In this document: one piece after another, positions 30,542 to 41,100 of the stretch
Layout of the letters: each line of letters opens with the position of its first letter
Numbering within the stretch: position 1 is the first letter of the stretch
Assembly (NCBI GenBank): GCA_028284905.1
Contig: JANQQU010000077.1
Span: 22,140-86,139, forward strand
Direction of reading: 5' to 3'
Length of the DNA: 64,000 nucleotides
Origin: Calditrichia bacterium
GTDB lineage: Bacteria > Calditrichota > Calditrichia > RBG-13-44-9 > J075
Made by a program: the position numbers and the translations under genes
Notes under the pieces: generated by a model
What the model saw: only the letters and a program-made list of their open reading frames with translations
Told to the model about the DNA's origin: nothing
The model's database searches: none

Positions 30542-30736
30542 ATGTTGAGATTTTTACTTTTCATCACATTGGTTTATTTTGTCTTTAAAATATTACAGAG
30601 ATTCATTGGGGCGGGAAATCCACAAAGAAACAAGCCCAATATCAAAGAGAAGAAGAAACCGGAGAATATTTCCCCTCCCTACGATCCAAAATCTGTCGAA
30701 GATATTAACTATAAGGAAGTCAAGAAAAAGAAGTAG
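30542..30736 (+). CDS. Small single-TM membrane protein
   Basis: MLRFLLFITLVYFVFKIL then basic tail ending VEDINYKEVK; AGGA RBS. Confidence 0.65.
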   Translation: MLRFLLFITLVYFVFKILQRFIGAGNPQRNKPNIKEKKKPENISPPYDPKSVEDINYKEVKKKK

Positions 30737-30802
30737 CACGACAGAGTTTTTCAGGAAGCTGCACCTTAAAACGGATTTGGTAAAAAGAAGGTTAAGGGTA
30801 AC

Positions 30803-32482
30803 ATGGACGAATTAAAAAATTTTTCATCGAACGCACGCCTCAACAAATTACTGACATCCGTAGTTGATGAAGTACGCGAGTTTGCCAATGAGCAAATCGA
30901 ACGGATTCAACGCCTTACCCAGATTGGCATCGCTCTTTCCGCCGAACAAAATATCGATAAATTGCTGGAAATCATTATCGAAGAAGCCATGTCGTTTACT
31001 GCCGCCGATGCCGGTACGCTCTATATTGTCGATAATGAGAACCATTGCCTGCAGTTCAAAATCCTGAGAAACCTTACCCAAAACACCCATCTTGGCGGTA
31101 CCAGCGGCGGGAAGATTAACCTGCCGGCAGTTCCGCTGTCTGTCGATAACCAACCGAATCATTCCAACGTCTCTTCCTATACTGCACTGACCGGGGAGAT
31201 TGTTAATATTCCCGATGTCTATGAGGCGGAAGGTTTCGATTTTACCGGTCCGAAAAAGTATGACGAACAAACCGGCTATCGCTCCTGCTCCATGCTGGTT
31301 ATTCCTATGAAAAATCACGAGAATGATATCATCGGTGTTCTGCAGTTGCTCAATGCTACTGCCGGCGATGGTGAAGTGATCGCTTTCTCGGAAGAAGATG
31401 TTGATCTGATTGCCTCCCTTGCCAGTCAGGCCGCTGTTGCCCTGGAAAACGCCACCTTGATTAATGACCTGAAGGATCTGTTCGAAGCGTTTATCCAGAG
31501 CATTGCTACTGCCATCGATGAAAAATCCCCATATACTGCCGGTCATATTCGCCGGGTTACCGGACTGACCATGATGATTGCGGAAACGATTAATCATACC
31601 AATCAAGCGCCCTTTGAGAAAGTCAATTTATCTCCGGATGAAATGGAAGAACTGCGCATTGCCGCCTGGATGCACGATATCGGTAAAATTACCACGCCGG
31701 AATACGTCATCGACAAATCGACCAAGCTGCAAACCATCTTCGACCGGGGCGAATTGATTGATACCCGCTTTCAACTGATCCGTCAGTCCCTGGAAAATGA
31801 ATGGCTCCATCAGCAACTGGCTGCACAGCGCAAAGACACTGCCGCCGGCGATGAACTGGAGAAGGCCCGGCAGCAACATGAGGCGGCGTTGACGCAGCTC
31901 GATGAAGATCTCGATTTTATCCATCGCTGTAATATTGCCGGGGAAAGAATGGATGATGATGCATTGGCCCGCATACAACGCATCGCCACTCAAAAATTTC
32001 GCATTAATGGTGAAGCGCGTTCCTATTTGACGACAAACGAAGTTTACAACCTTTCCGTCCGCCGCGGCACGCTGACTTCCGAAGAGCGCTCCGTCATCCA
32101 GAACCATGCTCTGGTCAGCTACAAAATGCTTAAGCAGCTTCCTTTTCCCAAAAAGCTCTCGAAAGTACCGGAATACGCCGGTGGTCATCACGAGAAACTC
32201 GACGGCACCGGTTATCCCTTCGGCCTTTCCTCCGAACAGCTTCCCCTGCAGGCGCGGATTATGGCCATCGCCGATATTTTCGAAGCCCTTACCGCCAAGG
32301 ATCGCCCCTACAAACGCCCGATGAAGCTTTCTACTGCTATTCGCATTCTCGGCAATATGTGCGACGAGATGCATACCGACCGCTCTATCTATGATTTGCT
32401 CATTTCCAGCGGCGTCTTGCTGAAATACGCCGAGCAGGAACTGAATAAAGAACAGATTGATGTTTCCCCTGATGGCGTTTAA
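30803..32482 (+). CDS. GAF domain / HD-GYP cyclic-dinucleotide phosphodiesterase
   Basis: GAF (DAGTLY..NIPDVY..SMLVIPM..GVLQLLN); GHIRRV, HDIGK, HHEKLDGTGYP, IADIFEALT..RPYK. Confidence 0.93.
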   Translation: MDELKNFSSNARLNKLLTSVVDEVREFANEQIERIQRLTQIGIALSAEQNIDKLLEIIIEEAMSFTAADAGTLYIVDNENHCLQFKILRNLTQNTHLGGTSGGKINLPAVPLSVDNQPNHSNVSSYTALTGEIVNIPDVYEAEGFDFTGPKKYDEQTGYRSCSMLVIPMKNHENDIIGVLQLLNATAGDGEVIAFSEEDVDLIASLASQAAVALENATLINDLKDLFEAFIQSIATAIDEKSPYTAGHIRRVTGLTMMIAETINHTNQAPFEKVNLSPDEMEELRIAAWMHDIGKITTPEYVIDKSTKLQTIFDRGELIDTRFQLIRQSLENEWLHQQLAAQRKDTAAGDELEKARQQHEAALTQLDEDLDFIHRCNIAGERMDDDALARIQRIATQKFRINGEARSYLTTNEVYNLSVRRGTLTSEERSVIQNHALVSYKMLKQLPFPKKLSKVPEYAGGHHEKLDGTGYPFGLSSEQLPLQARIMAIADIFEALTAKDRPYKRPMKLSTAIRILGNMCDEMHTDRSIYDLLISSGVLLKYAEQELNKEQIDVSPDGV

Positions 32483-32655
32483 ATTACCCGCCTGAATTTT
32501 GGGATTAGGTACAAGTCGAACATTTTACCCATAACGGGTGGCGGAGCTTTTTATGCGCTTCCCATCGACTGCCTATCCATACAACAATTAGTTTCACGAT
32601 TGTATAAGTTCGATTTTATTAATCCGAATAACATAAAGTAAAGTGGAGGATCGAA

Positions 32656-34188
32656 ATGGATTTTTTAAAGTCGCTGAATATTGAGGCGGATAATCTAGGG
32701 GCGTCCACCGGCGCCAAATGGCTACAGACAAAAGACCAGGGCACTTTAAGCATAACGTCCCCGGCCAACAATGCGCACATCGCTAATGTTTACAAGGCTT
32801 CCAAGGAAGACTATCACCGTATTGTTGAAACAGCACAGGAAGCTTTTAAAGTTTGGCGGAAAGTACCAGCGCCCAAGCGCGGGGAAATTGTTCGCCTGAT
32901 TGGGGATCGCCTGCGGGAACACAAGCAAGCGCTGGGTACCCTGGTATCCTACGAAATGGGTAAATCTTTACAGGAAGGCCTCGGTGAAGTGCAGGAGATG
33001 ATCGACATCTGTGATTTCGCTGTTGGTCAGTCCCGCCAGTTGTACGGCTTTACCATGCACTCCGAGCGCCCCAATCACCGGATGTATGAGCAATACCATC
33101 CGCTCGGCGTGGTTGGTATTATTACCGCATTTAACTTTCCGGTAGCAGTTTGGGCCTGGAATGCCATGATTTCCGCGATTTGCGGAAATGTGAATATCTG
33201 GAAACCGTCACCGAAAGTGCCGATTACTGCAATCGCCTGCCAGAATATTATCAAAGAAGTACTGGTTGAGAATGATATCCCGGAAGGCGTCTTCAGCTTA
33301 ATCGTTGGCGACAATGACGCTGTTGGGGAAACGATGCTGCACGACCGGCGAGTACCGCTGGTTTCCTTTACCGGATCGATTCGGGTTGGCCGCCACGTCG
33401 CCCAGGTTGTCTCCGGTCGTTTGGGCAAATTCATCCTGGAGTTGGGTGGCAATAATGCGATTATTATGACCCCGGACGCCGATCTTAAACTGGCCATTCC
33501 TGCTGTCGTCTTTGGTGCTGTTGGCACCGCCGGTCAACGCTGTACCACAACTCGCCGTCTATTGATCCATGAATCAATTTATGATAAAGTAAAATCCAGC
33601 CTGCTGAAAGCGTATGAAAGTATCCGGATTGGCACACCGCTGGACGAGAACAATCATGTCGGCCCCCTGATCGATAAAATTGCCGTAGAAAGCTACGAGA
33701 AGGCATTGGAAAAGGCGCGGGCAGAAGGCGGTAATGTCATTGCTGGTGGCGAAGTATTGTCCGGAGAAGGCTATGAATCCGGCTGCTACGTAACACCGGC
33801 CATCGTCGAAGCCGAAAGCGATTATGAAATTGTCAAGGAAGAGACGTTCGCCCCGATTCTCTATTTGATTAAATACAAAGGGGAAGTTGAAACTGCGATC
33901 GACATACAGAACGATGTCACCCAGGGATTATCTTCCTCGATTTTTACCAATAATATGCAGGAAGCGGAAGCATTCCTGGCACACTGGGGCTCGGATTGCG
34001 GTATTGCCAATGTAAATATCGGTACATCCGGTGCAGAAATTGGTGGCGCATTCGGCGGTGAAAAAGACACCGGTGGTGGCCGGGAATCCGGATCGGATGC
34101 CTGGAAAGCATACATGCGCCGTCAGACCAACACGATTAATTACGGAAAAGAATTACCGCTCGCCCAGGGCATCAAATTCGACCTGTAA
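32656..34188 (+). CDS. Aldehyde dehydrogenase family 7 (aminoadipate-semialdehyde / piperideine-6-carboxylate dehydrogenase-like)
   Basis: GEVQEMIDICDFAVG, ITAFNFP, LELGGNN, GTAGQRCTT, GAEIGGAFGGEK. Confidence 0.93.
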   Translation: MDFLKSLNIEADNLGASTGAKWLQTKDQGTLSITSPANNAHIANVYKASKEDYHRIVETAQEAFKVWRKVPAPKRGEIVRLIGDRLREHKQALGTLVSYEMGKSLQEGLGEVQEMIDICDFAVGQSRQLYGFTMHSERPNHRMYEQYHPLGVVGIITAFNFPVAVWAWNAMISAICGNVNIWKPSPKVPITAIACQNIIKEVLVENDIPEGVFSLIVGDNDAVGETMLHDRRVPLVSFTGSIRVGRHVAQVVSGRLGKFILELGGNNAIIMTPDADLKLAIPAVVFGAVGTAGQRCTTTRRLLIHESIYDKVKSSLLKAYESIRIGTPLDENNHVGPLIDKIAVESYEKALEKARAEGGNVIAGGEVLSGEGYESGCYVTPAIVEAESDYEIVKEETFAPILYLIKYKGEVETAIDIQNDVTQGLSSSIFTNNMQEAEAFLAHWGSDCGIANVNIGTSGAEIGGAFGGEKDTGGGRESGSDAWKAYMRRQTNTINYGKELPLAQGIKFDL

Positions 34189-34208
34189 AATCGATCGTGA
34201 TCTCTATT

Positions 34209-34257
34209 AATCAGCTTTATCATCCCATTACAGGGCATGGTAAAGCTGATTTTTTTT
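34209..34257 (+). terminator. Intrinsic terminator after the ALDH gene
   Basis: ATCAGCTTTA..TAAAGCTGAT stem followed by T-run. Confidence 0.8.
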
Positions 34258-34655
34258 ATCCCGTTTTTTTTTTTACGAATGTGATATTTGTCAACGCGAG
34301 TAGATTGCACAGTCCGTGTATTGGTATACCGAATTAGTTATATTTAGATAAGTTTTAAACACTAAGTTCAATATAAATAAGAATTTTTATTTTCGTTTTG
34401 ATCCTCAAATTCCACATTTTCTGTTTCGAAGTTTTCACCACGAAATTTTTCGGCTTATTGGCATCTTTATCCAATTAGCCCGACCGCCATTATCCCTTAT
34501 TCAATTAAAAATACGCTTTTAAGATGATAGATCATCCAACCAGTAAAAAACAACCGATTATAACAACGGGAGGAAACTTCAGAAATACCTGATCTCTTTC
34601 GGATAGTATGGGCTTACACACAATGATATCTTTGCAAAAAGATATGGAGGGCTTT

Positions 34656-35108
34656 ATGAGAGCTATTAAAACGATTGGGTATATTTCGACTATTTTATTA
34701 ATTAGTTTTGGACTGATGGCATTTAGCGAATCGAAAGCTTCGCCTCAGAAAGACTCAGAATCTGCGATGTTTAACGGGCAGGAAGACCATCACATCACCC
34801 TGCAGGATGCATTGCATCTCATCAGCAATTTCCGGAAGGATAATCCTTCCGAAAAACCGGTCGGCGGCTTTTTTGGCCGCGACGCGATTCTGAACATATT
34901 ATCTCAGGAAGAAGCCGTCGGCATCCGATATTACTACGCGAAAGACGATGAAGGAACACCGATGTTGATACTGGTAGGGGTTAACGCCCAGGGTGAAGAT
35001 ATGCTGGATGGCGAATTGGCTGAGAGATCATTCTTGTGTCCACCGTTTTGTGCACCGGATGCACTGATCCACAATATGGCCGGACAAGAGAAGATTGCAG
35101 AAAGATGA
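34656..35108 (+). CDS. Secreted hypothetical protein with near C-terminal CPPFC motif
   Basis: GGAGG RBS before ATG 34656; signal peptide MRAIKTIGYISTILLISFGLMAFS; ITLQDA..ISNF..FFGRDAILNILSQ..GIRYYYA..LILVGV..GEDM..CPPFC. Confidence 0.85.
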   Translation: MRAIKTIGYISTILLISFGLMAFSESKASPQKDSESAMFNGQEDHHITLQDALHLISNFRKDNPSEKPVGGFFGRDAILNILSQEEAVGIRYYYAKDDEGTPMLILVGVNAQGEDMLDGELAERSFLCPPFCAPDALIHNMAGQEKIAER

Positions 35109-35194
35109 GTTTGCACAAACATTATTACTATCTAAATAATTTAAATTAACACTATCCGAAAGAGATATTATTTCTGTTAATTTATACAAACAAT

Positions 35195-35233
35195 TTGAAA
35201 TGGGTGGTATTTATTGATATAATAAATACTACC
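35195..35233 (+). promoter_or_regulatory. Sigma-70 promoter overlapped by a 13-bp-arm inverted repeat
   Basis: TTGAAA(35195)-17 bp-TATAAT(35218); GGTGGTATTTATT-gatat-AATAAATACTACC 35203-35233. Confidence 0.65.
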
Positions 35234-35302
35234 TTTTCGAAATCATGAGAGACAGAGCATCGGAGACTTTAGTATTTAACTGACAAGACAAGGATTTTCG
35301 CA

Positions 35303-35950
35303 ATGAACTGGACCATGGTTGTAGCAGTAACTTCCGGTTTGTCTTCGATTCTGGTAGTGATTTTCGCAGCATTTCTCTACAAACACTTTAGCGCAGAGAT
35401 AAAAGTTCTCTTTTATATGCTTGCATTCACAGGCCTGATCGATGCTATCTCGTTTCTTAACTGGTTATCGGACATATCCATTGAAACTGTTTGGATATCC
35501 CACATCATTACTTTATTACATTACTGTACGTTTATGTGGATTTTTAGTGTTTGGTCCGAGAATTTGAATGTAAAAAAGGCAAAACGTTGGAGTATCCTTG
35601 CATTTGTCCTTTTCTGGGCGCTTGCAAAGCTCACACTGGAAGATTTTTCCAAATACGACGACATCACTTCCCCAATCGCTTCTGTAATTTTGATGTTGGT
35701 TGCCGCATCTATCATCTATTCCCGCAGCTTAATATCCGAAGTCAATCTTTTTCAGGATACCCGTTTCCTGATCAGCACCGGCGCGATGATTTATTTCGCC
35801 GGGAATCTGGTGCTATCCATTATGGTGAACAAGATGATCGACACCATTTCCATCGAAATGACAACGATGCTTTGGACACTTTCCTGGACGTTGACATTTA
35901 TCGCTAATTTGCTTTATGCAAAAGGGTTTTTATGTCAGCGGGCGGCTTAG
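35303..35950 (+). CDS. Uncharacterised 7-TM membrane protein
   Basis: Seven hydrophobic segments in 215 aa; FLISTGAMIYFAGN; AAGGA RBS; overlaps next start by 19 nt. Confidence 0.85.
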   Translation: MNWTMVVAVTSGLSSILVVIFAAFLYKHFSAEIKVLFYMLAFTGLIDAISFLNWLSDISIETVWISHIITLLHYCTFMWIFSVWSENLNVKKAKRWSILAFVLFWALAKLTLEDFSKYDDITSPIASVILMLVAASIIYSRSLISEVNLFQDTRFLISTGAMIYFAGNLVLSIMVNKMIDTISIEMTTMLWTLSWTLTFIANLLYAKGFLCQRAA

Positions 35951-37965
35951 ACATTGTCTGGGGATTTATTATCGGCACCCTCGGTTTTCTGGCATTGGCC
36001 GGGGCCTTTATATTTGCCATCGTCCGTAATCAGAAGCGACAGCTGGCGGCTGAGCGGGAAAAAATGGAAGTTATCCAGCAAAGCGCCGAAAAATATGCCA
36101 ACCTCTTCAATAATGTTTCCGATATCGTGTTTATTCATGACCTGGATGGCATCATTTTGCAGGTCAACGAAACCGTTACCCGCGAGCTAGATTTTCCGGC
36201 CGGGGACCTCGTTGGCAAACCAATTCACAGTTTTATCCCGCCGCAGTACATGCGTTACCTGGCAACGTATCTGAAAAGCATTCGCAGAACCGGTAATTTT
36301 ACCGGCTACGTGCCATTGACTGCCCAAAACGGCGAGCGGAAAATATTTGAATGCCGCAATTCCATTGTTCAGGAAGAAGGCACCGCAATAGCAGTTCGCG
36401 GGATTGCCAGAAATGTCACCGAGCAGCAAGATGCCAAAAGAAGATTGATCGACAGTGAAGAACGCTACCGGCGATTTTTCGAGGAGGATTTAACCGGGGA
36501 TTTTATTGCCTCTCCGGATGGTAAAATTCTTGCCTGCAATGCGGCGTTTGCGCGTATCTTTGGATTTGAGTCGATAGAAGAAGCGGAATCCTATAGTTTT
36601 GTTTCCCTTTATGAAGATCTGCCGGCATACGATGCTTACATCCGCAGCGTAAAAAACCGCCGGAAGCTGACCTACCATGCTGCCAAACTGCGCCGCAAGG
36701 ATAATCAGCCGGTTTATGTTGTGGAGAACCTCATCGGTGAGTTTGATGCCAATGAGGAGCTCCTTCAAATTCGCGGTTATATATTCGATGACACCAATCG
36801 CAAGCAGCTGGAAGCACAGTTTTTGCAAGCCCAGAAGATGCAGGGCATCGGGACTCTCGCCGGAGGCATCGCTCATGATTTCAACAACATTCTCAGCATT
36901 ATCATGGGCCACATTTCCATCTTAAATCAGGGCCTTGCCAGCGAACAGCCCATTGATGGCAGCGTAGATGCCATCGAACAGGCAGTGAAACGCGGTGCCA
37001 GCCTGGTAGAGCAAATTCTTACTTTTGCCCGTAAAACAGACATCATATTTCAGGCTCTGGACATCAATAAAATTGTCCATGAGTTATATACGCTGCTTTC
37101 CGGCACATTGCCGAAAAACGTCACTTTTTCTATGGATCTTTACCCAAAGCTGCCATTTGTAATGGCGGACCAAACCCAGCTCCATCAGGCCTTGCTGAAC
37201 TTGTGTGTGAATGCCCGGGATGCCATGCCCGAGGGGGGCAGAATCACAGTTTCTACCCGGCATATTCCCGGCAATACCCTGCAAACGCGCTTCCCGGAAG
37301 CAAAAGAAGATGGGTATATTCTGCTTAGTGTTAGCGATACTGGCACCGGCATGGATCAACGTACGCTGGATCGCCTTTTTGAACCGTTTTTTACCACAAA
37401 ATCCCGCGGTCAGGGTACCGGGCTCGGCCTGGCGGTTGTTTACGGCGTAATTAGCAGTCACGACGGTCTTATCGACGTTCAGAGCAGCCCCGGCAAGGGC
37501 ACTACATTTGAGCTCTTTTTCCCTTGTTCGGATCTGCCAGTTCAAAAGAATGCACGTTCCTTAACCCAGCAAGGATTAAAAGGTAAAGAAACCATTCTGA
37601 TAGTCGAAGATGAGGATATGCTGGTAGACCTGATGAAAAAGGTGCTGCTGGCCAATGACTACAAAATTCTCGTTGCCCGCGATGGCGTGGAAGCGGTTGA
37701 CGTTTTCAGGCAAAACCAGGATGAGATCGATTTAGTATTTTCTGACTCCGGATTACCACGCCAGAGTGGTTGGGAGGCATTTCAGGAAATGCGGGAAATT
37801 CGATCGGATATTATCGGAGTGTTTACCAGCGGCTATTTTGAGCCGGGTTTGAAAAAAACCATGACGGCGAATGGCATTAAAGATTTTTTACAAAAACCGT
37901 ATTCGCCGGTGAAGGCAGTACGGGTCATTCGGGAAATCCTCGACCGGGAGATTGTTAAGTCCTAA
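35932..37965 (+). CDS. Hybrid histidine kinase: one N-terminal TM, 2 PAS, HisKA, HATPase, REC
   Basis: IVWGFIIGTLGFLALAGAFIFAIV; LAGGIAHDFNNIL; NLCVNARDAMP; FFTTK..GTGLGL; VEDE..SDSGLP..KP. Confidence 0.93.
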   Translation: MSAGGLDIVWGFIIGTLGFLALAGAFIFAIVRNQKRQLAAEREKMEVIQQSAEKYANLFNNVSDIVFIHDLDGIILQVNETVTRELDFPAGDLVGKPIHSFIPPQYMRYLATYLKSIRRTGNFTGYVPLTAQNGERKIFECRNSIVQEEGTAIAVRGIARNVTEQQDAKRRLIDSEERYRRFFEEDLTGDFIASPDGKILACNAAFARIFGFESIEEAESYSFVSLYEDLPAYDAYIRSVKNRRKLTYHAAKLRRKDNQPVYVVENLIGEFDANEELLQIRGYIFDDTNRKQLEAQFLQAQKMQGIGTLAGGIAHDFNNILSIIMGHISILNQGLASEQPIDGSVDAIEQAVKRGASLVEQILTFARKTDIIFQALDINKIVHELYTLLSGTLPKNVTFSMDLYPKLPFVMADQTQLHQALLNLCVNARDAMPEGGRITVSTRHIPGNTLQTRFPEAKEDGYILLSVSDTGTGMDQRTLDRLFEPFFTTKSRGQGTGLGLAVVYGVISSHDGLIDVQSSPGKGTTFELFFPCSDLPVQKNARSLTQQGLKGKETILIVEDEDMLVDLMKKVLLANDYKILVARDGVEAVDVFRQNQDEIDLVFSDSGLPRQSGWEAFQEMREIRSDIIGVFTSGYFEPGLKKTMTANGIKDFLQKPYSPVKAVRVIREILDREIVKS

Positions 37966-38157
37966 AAGTTAGTTCCGCGCACGAATCGTCCTCCTCAGGA
38001 TTATGAATTATGCCTGCAGAGAAGGTCTAACAAGTTCATTATTATATTTTTAATTTCCGATTTTGATATTTTGACACATCGACAATAATTTGCAGTGTGT
38101 ATGTTTGCCCCTTCGGGCTTTTTATAAAAATAATCGTTCCAAAAACCGGGCCGGCTT

Positions 38158-41100
38158 ATGAACGACTCCAAAAAACGCAAATCCACGCTTGTTGAGATGG
38201 TAAAAACCATTACCAAATCGACAAACCGCAGTAAAGACAACCAAATAGATATCCGTCATCTGGAAAAAGAATTGCAGAAGAGTGCCGAGCAGTTCAAGGC
38301 GCTGTTTAATTATTCTAATGACGGCATCTTCATGTTAAATCCCCGCAAAAGAGTGTTCACCGACGTCAACGACCGAGCCTGCAGTATGCTCGGATATGAG
38401 CGCAAGGATTTGCTGGAGTTGGACCCTGGTGATATTTTTTCCGGCCAGGGAGAAAAGTTTGATAAGTTCCTCTCCGTGGTTTTTGACCAGGGATATGGCT
38501 GGACCGATGAACTCACCTGCGCCACCCGCTACGGCGCTGCCCTTCCCACAGAAATTACCGCCTGGCCGATCGAGCGGGATAATAGCAAGCAATTGCTGAT
38601 GTTCGTGCATGACATCACCAAGCGCATGCGTACCGAAGAAGCACTGCGTGAATCCGAGCAAAAATTCCGTATGCTCATCGAGAACATGCAGGAAGGCGTT
38701 ATGATTGTCGATAATGACGATCGCATTCAATTCGTCAACAGCCGCATTTGTAAATTGCTCGGATTTAGTGAAGAAGAACTGGTCGGGCAAATTGGCTATA
38801 AAAAGCTTTTCAACGAAAAGAACCGCAAAATTATCCGCAAAAAGAATCGCCTCCGCACCAAGAAAATTGCCGATCAATACGAGATCGAAATGTGCAAGAA
38901 GAATGGGGAACCGAATTGGGTGCAAATTAGCGGTGTCCCGATTAGCGATCAAAATGGCACCGTTTCCGGCTCGTTTGGGATTATCGCTGATATCAGCACC
39001 CGCAAACAAGCCGAGGCAGATCTGAAAAGCGCCCATGAAGAATTGGAAAAGCGTGTTGAGGAACGAACCGCAGAATTGCTAAAGTCCAATGAAACGCTTC
39101 AGAAAGAGATAAACGAGCGGCGGGTTATTGAAGAAGAACGGCAAAAATTTGTATCCCTGGTGGAAAAAAGCAATGACGTCATTACCATGGCCTCTCCCGA
39201 TGGCAAGCTGATTTATGTCAATGAATATGGCATGTCCATCCTCGGTTTAAAAAATCAAGATGAAGTCCGCAGCAAAATGCTTAAGGAGTGCCACCCGGAA
39301 TCTGTGCATGGTTTTCTGCAGAAAGAGCTGCTCCCCCAGGTCTTAAAAAAAGGACTTTGGGAAGGAGAACTACCGCTTCAGAATTTTCGTACCCGCGAAC
39401 ATACGCCCACCCTGCTCAATGCAATGGCGATCCGCCACACCAACACCGGGGAAATTATCGCCCTGGCCACCATCGCAAGGGACATTAAGGAGCGTAAACG
39501 CGCGGAAGAAGATCTGCAGCGCGCGAAAGGGGATCTGGAAACCCGCGTGGAGGAACGCACCGCCGAGCTCTCCCAGGCAAACCAGGTATTGATGGAACAG
39601 ATCATTGAACGCCAGTGGGCAGAAGAGCAACTGCAGGAATCCGAGAATAAGTTCCGGCTGCTTTTTAACAGTGGTAACGATGCGGTATTTGTTTATCATC
39701 CCCAGAATGATGGAGAGCCGACCCAATTTATCGAAGTAAACGACATCCTCTGCAATAAACTCGGCTATGCCCGCGAAGAGCTACTGCGCCTCTCTCTGCG
39801 CTCGATTTCCCTCGGATATGATGAAACCGAGAATCGCACCCGGCTGGAAAAACTAATGCTCGACCGACATATTCTTTACGAAGATATGTTCTTGACAAAA
39901 ACCGGCGGTATTATCCCGGTGGAGATTAGTGCGCACCTTTTTGAATTCAACGAAAAGCCGACGGTCATGGCAATCGCGCGTGATATTACCGCTCGTAAAC
40001 GGGCCGAGGAGCAGATCCGCGAGCAGGCGGCATTGCTGGATAAAGCGCAGGATGCCATTCTGGTTTGCGACCTGAACGATTACGTCATCTACTGGAATAA
40101 AAGTGCCGAGCGCCTCTACGGTTGGAAGACTGAAGAAGCAATTGGGAATAATGCATTTGAGTTGCTCTTTAACCGCAATTCGACCCAATTCATCGCTTCC
40201 CGCCGTTCCGTTCTGGAGAATAAGGAGTGGCAGGGAGAGCTGCACCAGGTGACGAAAGAAGGCCGGGAAATTATGGTCGAAAGTCGCTGGACGCTCGTTC
40301 ATGATAAACATGGCGAAGCGAAATCCATCCTGGTAGTTAACACCGATATTACCGAAAAGAAAAAAATTGAAGCACAGTTTCTGCGGGCACAGAGAATGGA
40401 AAGTATCGGGGCCCTCGCGGGCGGAATTGCCCATGATCTTAATAATGTTCTCGCACCGATTTTAACCGCGGTGCAAATTCTGCAGGTGCGCCTGGAAGAT
40501 GAAGATAAAAGTCAGCGCATCCTCAATACGATTGAGTCCAATGTGAAGCGGGGTGCGGATATGGTGAAGCAAATCCTCACCTTTGCCCGCGGCGTGGAAG
40601 GGGAACGAATTCCTCTGCAAATTCAGCATCTCGTTCATGAGCTGGAAAAGATTATTCAGGAGACTTTCCCGAAGTCAATTAAAATTGATATGAATGTGCA
40701 GCAGGATCTCTGGCCGGTTTCCGGCGATGCGACGCAGCTCCACCAGGTTATGTTAAATCTTTGTGTGAACGCGCGGGATGCAATGGTTCATGGCGGTCAG
40801 CTCAATATTTCTGTTCAGAATGTCCTCATCGATGAAGATTATGCACGCTTATACCTGGAAGCGAATCTCGGGCATTACGTACTCATTAAAGTTACCGATA
40901 CCGGGGTTGGCATTCCTTCCAGCATCATCAATAAAATTTTTGAGCCCTTCTTTACGACGAAAGAACCTGGTAAAGGCACCGGCCTGGGATTGTCCACTGT
41001 CATCGCTATCGTGAAAAGCCATGGTGGTTTTGTCAATGTCACCAGTGACAAACAGGAAGGTACCGTTTTCGAGGTTTACCTACCTGCTCTCGGCGAAGCA

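Noticed and set aside
30848-32374. Long antisense ORFs (252 and 248 aa) opposite the HD-GYP gene, and similar shadows opposite purF, the kinases, ygiQ and tex
   Set aside because: Fully overlap well-supported genes on the other strand and carry no recognisable motifs; expected from codon bias.
34260-34600. AT-rich spacer upstream of the CPPFC gene as an ncRNA or sigma-54 promoter
   Set aside because: No convincing stem structure, and the TGG motifs at 34322 and 34459 lack a correctly spaced TTG -12 box; probably regulatory, but nothing specific can be supported.
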